Program-made: the position numbers and the translations under genes
Shown here: positions 55,839-64,000 of the stretch, one piece after another
Position numbering within the stretch: the first letter of the stretch is position 1
How the letters are laid out: each line of letters opens with the position of its first letter
Source: Myxococcales bacterium
GTDB taxonomy: Bacteria > Myxococcota_A > Polyangia > Polyangiales > Polyangiaceae
Length of the DNA stretch: 64,000 nt
Assembly: GCA_043747615.1 (NCBI GenBank)
Contig: JAYTOU010000049.1
Span: forward strand, 1 to 64,000
Reading direction: 5' to 3'
Notes under the pieces: generated by a model
Told to the model about the DNA's origin: nothing
The model's database searches: none
The model's input: only the letters and a program-made list of their open reading frames with translations

Positions 55839-57143
55839 TTACTTCTTGCTCGGCGGAGGAGGAGGCGGAGCGGGCTCGGGTGCCATCAGTGGAGCGAGGG
55901 ACGGTTGCGCGCGGACGCCGCCCTGCTGGGGGCCCATCGTGGTGGGATCCGCCTCCATCCACATGAAGCGACCCTGGTCTCCGAATGTCACGCGGAAGGC
56001 TGAGATCAAGCCTGCACCAAGCACACCGGCGAGATCGATGTCGATGTTCGACTGCGGAGGCAGCATGGGCGCGCCCTGAACCGCCGGCACGCCGGGGAGG
56101 TCGAAGCCGCCGATGCGAAAGGAATTGAGCACGCCGATCTTCATGTTCGGAACGCTCGGGTCTGTCGTCAGCCTGGTGAGATCGACGCCGGCCTTCTTGA
56201 AGGTCGTGTCTTGGAGGGCGACCAGGTACGGCTGCGACGAATCGACGAGCAGCGTGGCTCCGCCGTCCTCTCGCGGTGAGACGTTCGCGCGCATCAACAT
56301 GCCGCCGCCACGCACGTACCAGAGCGGAACGCGACTGGCATCGGGAGGTGCCGGGGCATCGAGCTTTCGCACCACGAATTGATCGCCGTGGCGATCGAAG
56401 GTCACGTGTGCGTGACGAAGAAGGTTCACCCCGAGGAGGGCTTTCACCGGCGCGCCGAGTTGCCGGGAGAGTGCCGAGAGATCTTGGGTCAGCGCGGGAA
56501 CGTCCTTCACTTCGATGTTGTCACCGAACTTCAGGTTCACCCACGCAGCTTCGCGGCGCGTATTCGAATCGAGGATCACTTCGCCGCTCGCAGTCGCGAC
56601 CATGGCGAGGATTCGTTCACCTTCGAGCTCACACGGAACGACGAGTGCGGGGCCGGCACGAGGCATCTCGACGGCCGCGACCATCCCGCCCTCCATCGCG
56701 AATGGGTGACGCCCGTTTCCACGCCGAGCGAGCTTGGCGATCTCTCGCGCCCAGGGATCTTTCACCTGCGGGTCGCGAAGCATGGCTTCGAGATCCTCTG
56801 CGGCGGCTTCGATGTCTCCCGCGTACCAGTGAGCACGCCCGCGAAGACCATGGGCATCCGTCGTCTGCAGGCCTTCGGTCAGCTTCAACGCTTGCGCAAA
56901 TTCGAGACGCACCAGCGCCATGCGCGCGTTCGCCATGCGAATCTCGGGATCATTCGGAGCGACTTCGAGCGCCGCAGAGGCCGCGTGCTGCGCGTCGTCG
57001 AAGTCCCCGCTTTTGTAGCTGGCCTGCGCGCGCGCGAGCCACTTGTCGGCGAGCGGAGAACGCCCGGCCGTGTTCGCGTCGTTCGCAGGACCGCACGCCA
57101 CGAGAGCGGCGACGAACGCGAGGGGTAGGCCTATTTTTCTCAT
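55839..57143 (-). CDS. TPR + tandem retropepsin-like domain lipoprotein (catalytic motifs degenerate)
   Basis: Lipobox LVAC; TPRs; AMVATAS...ALLGVNLL...FD and LLVDSS...GVLGAGLI..F. Confidence 0.65.
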   Translation of the reverse strand: MRKIGLPLAFVAALVACGPANDANTAGRSPLADKWLARAQASYKSGDFDDAQHAASAALEVAPNDPEIRMANARMALVRLEFAQALKLTEGLQTTDAHGLRGRAHWYAGDIEAAAEDLEAMLRDPQVKDPWAREIAKLARRGNGRHPFAMEGGMVAAVEMPRAGPALVVPCELEGERILAMVATASGEVILDSNTRREAAWVNLKFGDNIEVKDVPALTQDLSALSRQLGAPVKALLGVNLLRHAHVTFDRHGDQFVVRKLDAPAPPDASRVPLWYVRGGGMLMRANVSPREDGGATLLVDSSQPYLVALQDTTFKKAGVDLTRLTTDPSVPNMKIGVLNSFRIGGFDLPGVPAVQGAPMLPPQSNIDIDLAGVLGAGLISAFRVTFGDQGRFMWMEADPTTMGPQQGGVRAQPSLAPLMAPEPAPPPPPPSKK

Positions 57144-58020
57144 TGGGTCGGATCCTTCAATGCGTCGACGCGCTCAGCTGCCGCGCGGGCTTCTCCGGGA
57201 GGCGGGTCGACTCGAAGGATGCGGTCGGCCCGGAGCTCGCGACGCCCACGACCAGGCAGCTGATAGCCGATCACCCGCGGGGGGTCGAGATCAGCCGAAA
57301 CTTCGGTGAGCACCATGAGCCACGACTCAGGCGCTCGGCGGCTCGGTCGATAGGTGAGGAGGACCGTCTCGGCGCTTTTCACGGCGGCCTCACAAGCGCC
57401 GATGATCACGTGACGCGCCGACTTTTCCGCTACGCGCACCTCCCACAGATCCCGCGCGCTCTTGGGCGCCAAGATTGCGATCGCGCGATCGAAGAGGCCG
57501 CGCATGGCGAGGACGTCCGAGGCGGCGCGATGGGCTTGCCCGCGATCGATTTGGAGATGCACGCAGAGGGCATCGAGCGAGTAGCTGCGGAGCGCAAACG
57601 CCCGACGCGCGAGAACGAGGGTGTCGATGTAGTGGCTGATTTCTAGCGTCTTCTGAGCTCTTGCCATCTCCATTATGAGGAAACGCACGTCCCATTCGGC
57701 GGCGTGGGCGACCAAGATCGCTCCGTCGAGAATGGCGCTCACCGCAGGCGCGATCTCCGCGAACTCGGGCGCCGCATCGAGCGCGGCGGCGTCGATTTTG
57801 TGAACGTGCGCGGCGCCGTCTACGCGGCCTGTGGGCCGAACCAGACTGCACACGCTCGCCGTGCGCTCGCCGCCGACGTACCGTTCGATGCACACCTCGA
57901 CCACCCGATCGAGCGCTGCGTCGAGCCCAGTCATCTCGAGGTCAACGAAGGCGAGCGGCGCTTCGCCGACGGGCAGATCCCAGGGGGCACCGGCGGGCGG
58001 CGGCGGGACGCTGGCGCGGC

Positions 58021-58024
<4 letters not shown>
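57140..58024 (-). CDS. DEDDh 3'-5' exonuclease with C-terminal WYL-like domain
   Basis: VDLEMTG, VAHAAEWD, DTL.LAR, HRAASD; C-terminal LTY...VIGY...RRELRADRI. Confidence 0.85.
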
Positions 58025-59219
<1,195 letters not shown>

Positions 59220-59223
<4 letters not shown>

Positions 59224-60092
59224 GACGCGCGCACCTTAGCCTCGCCCCCCTCCCAGCGGTAGAACCCCTCGCCGGTCTTCTTTCCGAGCTTGCCCGCACG
59301 CACCATGGTGCGCAGAAGCGAAGGGGCGCGGAACTGCTCTCCGACCTCTTTGTGGAGGTGGTCGAGAATGGCTAGCCGAACGTCGAGACCCACGAGGTCC
59401 GTCAACTTCAAGGGACCCATCGGGTGGCGGTAGCCGAGCTCCATCGCGCGGTCGATGTCTTCGACGCTGGCGACTCCGCTCTCGAGCATGCGGATGGCCT
59501 CTGCGCCGAGAATGACACCGAGGCGGCTGCTCGCAAATCCTGGCGAGTCCCGCACCACGATGGGAGACTTTTTCACGACGCGCGCGAAGGCGATCGCCCG
59601 GTCGAGGGTGTGGTCGGAGGTGCTTAGGCCACGCACGATCTCGAGGAGCTCCATCACCGGCGGAGGATTGAAGAAGTGCAGACCGATTGTCCGTTCGGGA
59701 GCGCCGATGCGCGCACCGAGCTCGGTGATGGACAGCGAGGAGGTGTTGGACGCGAGGAGCGCACCTGCGGCTGCCGCCGGCGCAGCCTCACGAAAGAGGC
59801 CGACCTTCAGGGCCATATCCTCGGGGACGGCCTCGATCACCAGATCGCATCCGGCGCAGGCTTCGCGCACGTCGACGGCCGGACGGAGAGCCGCCAGCGT
59901 CGACGCGCGCGCTTCGTCCGAGATTTTTCCCTTGGTCACGAGCTTCGCGAGCTGCGCTCCGATTTGCGCGATCGCCGCTTCGGCGCGACCTGGTGCGCTG
60001 TCGAAGACCCGCGTCGAGAGGCCTGCTGCCGCCGTCACTTGAGCGATCCCCTGCCCCATCGTTCCCGTCCCGAGCACTGCCACAAGTTTCAT
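59220..60092 (-). CDS. 3-hydroxyacyl-CoA dehydrogenase
   Basis: GTGTMGQGIA, EAVPE, SNTSSL, HFFNP, PMGPL. Confidence 0.94.
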
Positions 60093-60106
60093 TTGTCCCT
60101 CAGGCA

Positions 60107-60910
60107 CTAGGGCTCCTCGTGGGCTTCGGCTTTCTCGGCGTCGGCTTTCTCGGTCTCCGTTTCGTCGGCTTCGTCTGCCTCCACGCTCTCGTCTTCGTCT
60201 CCGTCTGCGTCGACGGCGTGGCGGAGGGCAGCGAGATCCTGACCGCACGCGCATTTATTGGGGACGCTCTTCTTGTGATAGACGCGCTCGCAGCGTGGAC
60301 ACACCCGCCCGTCAGGCTCGTAGGCGATCACCTTTTTGCTCTTCGCGCATCGTTTGCCGACGACCTGCACGGGATCGATGACGATCTCTAGCCCGTCTGC
60401 GGGGTTCGCCTTCGGAAGCTTCTCGATAGCGCTCTCGGGCACATCAAAGGCCTCCGCGGCGCGCTCGGCGCCCAGGCTCACGATCAACGCGGCAGCGGCC
60501 GCTTGGCTCCGCACCTTGACGATGATCGTGGCCGGTGTGCCGGTCTCGTCGTCACCTGTGACCACGATCGCGTTGAGCTCTTCTCTCCAGGCGATCTTCG
60601 TGACTTGGTACCAGGGGATGCGGCGTAGCACTCCGGAGCGCTCTTCTCCGACGCCACCCTGCCCGACGCGCACGACGGCGTCGCCACTCGTGCCCACCCA
60701 GAGTGCCGCGCCGAACGCCAAGGCGCCGCCAGCGAGCAGGTAGGGCGTTGCTTCGATGGGCGCGTGGGCCGCGCCGAATTGCTCCCAGGCTCCGGCGCCG
60801 AGTGACACCGCTCCGGCCGCTCCGAGGAGGCGAACGAGGATCGGGTTCGCCGTGCTCTGCGGAAAAAACTGGATTTCAACGCGCTTCTTGGCAACTCGCT
60901 TTTTGGCCAT
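60107..60910 (-). CDS. Membrane protein with C-terminal RING-like zinc finger and acidic tail
   Basis: Two TMs; CAKS...VCPRC...YHKKS...CAC. Confidence 0.7.
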   Translation of the reverse strand: MAKKRVAKKRVEIQFFPQSTANPILVRLLGAAGAVSLGAGAWEQFGAAHAPIEATPYLLAGGALAFGAALWVGTSGDAVVRVGQGGVGEERSGVLRRIPWYQVTKIAWREELNAIVVTGDDETGTPATIIVKVRSQAAAAALIVSLGAERAAEAFDVPESAIEKLPKANPADGLEIVIDPVQVVGKRCAKSKKVIAYEPDGRVCPRCERVYHKKSVPNKCACGQDLAALRHAVDADGDEDESVEADEADETETEKADAEKAEAHEEP

Positions 60911-60991
60911 CGGCGGAACCTTACATCCAATGTCGTGATGGAGGTGATCTCCTCACGTCGTTTGGCTTCGTCGCCGTTGCCCGAAGGTCAG

Positions 60992-62368
60992 CTAGCTGAC
61001 TCCGATGCGGGACAGCTCGTCGTAGAGGTACGCGGCGCTCTTGATTCCAAGGTGGTAATTTTCGAGGTCGAGCCACTCGTTCGGGGCATGGGCGTTCTCG
61101 TCCGGTTGGCCGAAGCCCATGAGCAAGCAGGGCTTGCCGGTGGCGTCGGCGATGGTCCGCACGAACGGGATCGAGCCTCCCTCGCGAATGAAAACCGTCG
61201 GTCGTCCGAAGGCCTTCGCGAACGCGCGCTTCGCCACCTCGAACACTGGATGATCCGTCGGCGCGAGATACGGGCGCCCGCCATGGAGGTAGACGACCTT
61301 GACGCGCACGCCCGGTGGGGCAATTTTTTCGAGGTAGTCGCCGACCTGACGCGCGATCTCTTCAGGCTCCTGATGCGGCACCAGACGGCAGCTGATCTTC
61401 GCGACCACCCGCGCGGGAATGATCGTCTTTGCGCCCTCCCCCTGGAATCCGCCGGCGATTCCGTTGCAGTCGAGCGTCGGACGCGCCCACACCCGCTCGA
61501 GCGTGGAGTAGCCCTTCTCGCCGACGGCGGCGGTCGCTCCGGTCGACGCCAACCACTCCTTTTCGTTGAAGGGGAGGCTGGCGATCTCTTTGCGCTCGAG
61601 AGAAGTAAGCTCCACCACTTTGTCGTAGAAGCCGGGAACGGTGATGCGCCCCTGCTCGTCGTGGAGGCGGCCGATCATCTTGGCGAGCGCGTTCACCGGA
61701 TTCTGCACGCCGCCTCCGAAGGACCCGGAATGCAGATCGGTGGTCGGCCCCTCGACGTGCACCTCGAGGTACATCAGCCCGCGCAGACCGACGCAGAGCG
61801 AAGGGATCCCCCGCCCGAACATCGCGGTGTCGCTGACGCAGACGAAGTCGGAGGTGAGGCGGGCGGCCTTCTCGCGCATCAGCTCGTCGAGATTCATGCT
61901 GCCGATTTCTTCTTCGCCTTCGACGATGAGCTTGATGTTGATCGGGAGCGTCTTGCGCGTCTTCAGGAACGCTTCGATTGCTTTGACGTGGATGTGAACC
62001 TGCCCTTTGTCGTCCACCACACCGCGGCCCCACATGCGACCGTCACGGATGGTGGGCTCGAAGGGGGGCGAGATCCATTCCCCGATTGGATCGATCGGCT
62101 GGACATCGTGGTGTCCGTAGATCAGCAAAGTCGGTTTTCCCGGCGCGTGATTCCACTCGGCAAAGACCGCAGGATGGCCCTTGGTCGGCCAGAGCTCGGC
62201 AGCGTCCGCACCAAGCGCGCGCAGGTTCGTGAGGAGGTGCTCGGCGTTCTTCACCATGTCGGCGTCGTGCGCGGCATCGCTCGAGATCGCGGGGATCTTC
62301 ACCCACTCTTGAAGCTCGCCGACGAAACGTTGGCGGTGCTGATCGATGAAGGAAAGAACGTCATCCAT
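60992..62368 (-). CDS. M20-family dipeptidase
   Basis: YGHHDVQP, RGVVDDKG, GEEE, DLHSG, AHAPNE. Confidence 0.94.
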   Translation of the reverse strand: MDDVLSFIDQHRQRFVGELQEWVKIPAISSDAAHDADMVKNAEHLLTNLRALGADAAELWPTKGHPAVFAEWNHAPGKPTLLIYGHHDVQPIDPIGEWISPPFEPTIRDGRMWGRGVVDDKGQVHIHVKAIEAFLKTRKTLPINIKLIVEGEEEIGSMNLDELMREKAARLTSDFVCVSDTAMFGRGIPSLCVGLRGLMYLEVHVEGPTTDLHSGSFGGGVQNPVNALAKMIGRLHDEQGRITVPGFYDKVVELTSLERKEIASLPFNEKEWLASTGATAAVGEKGYSTLERVWARPTLDCNGIAGGFQGEGAKTIIPARVVAKISCRLVPHQEPEEIARQVGDYLEKIAPPGVRVKVVYLHGGRPYLAPTDHPVFEVAKRAFAKAFGRPTVFIREGGSIPFVRTIADATGKPCLLMGFGQPDENAHAPNEWLDLENYHLGIKSAAYLYDELSRIGVS

Positions 62369-62413
62369 GGTCGTCTTGTAGCATTCTACGTTCGGCCGAA
62401 TGTTGCCGAAACC

Positions 62414-63019
62414 TTACTTCGCGAGGACGGCCAACGCTTCGCGCACGAGCTCGGCGAGCGGCACTTCCGTGACCCGCGACCCGAGAGCGACGATCGCGCG
62501 CTCCGCCTCGGCCGCGCGGTAGCCGAGCTTGGTGAGCGCCGAGAGGAGCACGTCGCCGCTGGCTCCGTTCCGCGTCGCTGCCGGCGTGACCGGAGTTGCG
62601 CCATCGGAAATGCTCGGGAGCTTGTCGCGCAGCTCGAGGAGGAGCCGATCGGCAGTCTTCTTTCCGAGGCCCTTGATGCTCGTCAGCTTCGCCACGTCCT
62701 TCGCGGAGATCGCCCGTGCGAGCTCATTTGCGGGGAGCGCGCTGAGGATCCCGATGGCCGTCTTCGGGCCGATGCTCGAGACGCCGATCAGCGTACGGAA
62801 CGCCGATCGATCGAGGGCGGACGCGAACCCGAAGAGCATGAGCGCATCCTCGCGCGCGTGGGTGTGCACGAAGAACGTCGTGCGACCTTCGGCATCCGTC
62901 GCGCTCCGCCCCACGGTGCCAAGGGGAGCGAGGAGCTCGTAGCCGACCCCCGAAACGTCGACGACGAGCACGCCGTCGTCTTCCTGCGCGACGATCTTTC
63001 CGGTGAGGCGCCCGATCAT
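62414..63019 (-). CDS. ruvA: Holliday junction branch migration protein RuvA
   Basis: MIGRLTG, VDVSGVGY, REDA..LFGF, IGPKTA, GKKTA.RL.LEL, SAL..LGY. Confidence 0.96.
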   Translation of the reverse strand: MIGRLTGKIVAQEDDGVLVVDVSGVGYELLAPLGTVGRSATDAEGRTTFFVHTHAREDALMLFGFASALDRSAFRTLIGVSSIGPKTAIGILSALPANELARAISAKDVAKLTSIKGLGKKTADRLLLELRDKLPSISDGATPVTPAATRNGASGDVLLSALTKLGYRAAEAERAIVALGSRVTEVPLAELVREALAVLAK

Positions 63020-63038
63020 TCGGGAGCCACGTTAGCAT

Positions 63039-64000
63039 TTACGCTGCCTTGCGGTCTTTGCGTTTCGCCCTGGAAAACAAGGTAATCGCGAACGACGCGA
63101 GGAGGGTGCCCATGAAGAGATCGTCGTCGGTCTTGTGGCCCGAGCTGTTGCAGCCGTCGCCGCCACCACCGGCCGACAGACCACCTCGGTTCGGATCGCA
63201 CGGCGGGTACGTCGGGCACACCGTCTCGTCGACCGGCAGGGTCGCGCGCCGCGTTCTGTCCAGCGGATCTTGGACGGGCGAAGCCTGCAGAACGAGATCA
63301 TCGACGAGCGAGGCGTGCGCAAGATCGGCGCGTAGGCGCGTGACGCGCGCGGTCGTTCCATGGAGGTCGGCAAAAAGCGTCGCGAGGTCCGCGTCGCGCA
63401 CGTGGTCCGCGCTCTCGGCCATGCCAGCGTCGGGCGCTCCGTCTCCGCCCTCGACCGCGAGGTAGTCGCCGTTCGTAGCTTCCGCGCGGATCCGGTTAGA
63501 GAATGACACGGTATACAGATCGCTCGACGACTCGACCTCCCAGCCGCGCCCGTTGAGAGCCGCCTCTTTCGCGGCACGGAGGCTCTTGAAGTTGCTCGAC
63601 CGGGTCGCGAAATCCCAGACCAGCTCGCTCGCGTCGATCTGGAAGAAGGGGAAGTTTTGCGGCTCGTAGCGCCCTTCGGCCACGACCCAGAGCGTGAGAC
63701 CGACCGTCGGCCCCGTCCCCGCCGCAACCATCCGAAGCGGAAGGACGGGAGCTGCGCCCGCGGTGGTCACGCGCACCGGGCGCATGGATTGAACCTGTGC
63801 GCCGGGCACGAGCTTCATGGCCAGAAAATCGAAATGGTCGGCGACGTATTGGCTAATGATCGGTTGCACGGCCGCGGGGACGACGAAGTTGTGCGCGGCG
63901 AGCCACGCGTTGAGCGCGTTCGGATCCGTCGAGTGGAGCTGCACGGTCTCGTACGGTCCGACCACTTCGGATTTCGTCACCGTCACCGGCGGCTCGCCCG
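63039..64000 (-). CDS. DUF2330-domain protein, partial (5' end outside window), with MYXO-CTERM-like C-terminal anchor
   Basis: VVGPYETVQL, FLAMKL, LPLRMVA; ends GGGDGC, then a hydrophobic stretch and basic tail. Confidence 0.8.
   Translation of the reverse strand, partial: GEPPVTVTKSEVVGPYETVQLHSTDPNALNAWLAAHNFVVPAAVQPIISQYVADHFDFLAMKLVPGAQVQSMRPVRVTTAGAAPVLPLRMVAAGTGPTVGLTLWVVAEGRYEPQNFPFFQIDASELVWDFATRSSNFKSLRAAKEAALNGRGWEVESSSDLYTVSFSNRIRAEATNGDYLAVEGGDGAPDAGMAESADHVRDADLATLFADLHGTTARVTRLRADLAHASLVDDLVLQASPVQDPLDRTRRATLPVDETVCPTYPPCDPNRGGLSAGGGGDGCNSSGHKTDDDLFMGTLLASFAITLFSRAKRKDRKAA

Noticed and set aside
60935..63085. 716-aa plus-strand ORF
   Set aside because: Antisense to the dipeptidase and ruvA

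Overview
High-GC bacterial chromosomal segment whose gene content points to Myxococcota, probably Polyangiaceae/Labilithrix-like (inference from a TIGR04563 small protein, many Cys-rich lipoproteins, a Hanks-type kinase, a giant TPR protein, bactofilin and DUF2330). About 60 CDS are supported. Housekeeping genes include proB, cdd, purine nucleoside phosphorylase, mscL, coaD, thiolase, 3-hydroxyacyl-CoA dehydrogenase, M13 and M20 peptidases, msrA and ruvA. I saw no rRNA, tRNA, CRISPR array, transposase or integrase. Most interesting: (1) a three-gene operon behind a sigma54-type promoter (44742-51256) with two exported hydrazine-synthase-alpha-like heme c proteins, one with tandem non-canonical CX8CH/CX4CH motifs, flanking an exported HEAT-repeat protein; (2) a sigma54-type promoter, a secreted 'GCxPSWGPPAPP' peptide coupled to a ferritin-like diiron enzyme, and a methyltransferase, which looks RiPP-like (3143-4970); (3) a ~170-nt structured intergenic element, possibly 6S-like (30789-30956); (4) a pentapeptide-repeat/bactofilin fusion coupled to a bactofilin; (5) a scar joining a beta-carbonic anhydrase 5' end to an inverted OmpA fragment. 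All family calls come from motif recognition by eye; no database search was run.
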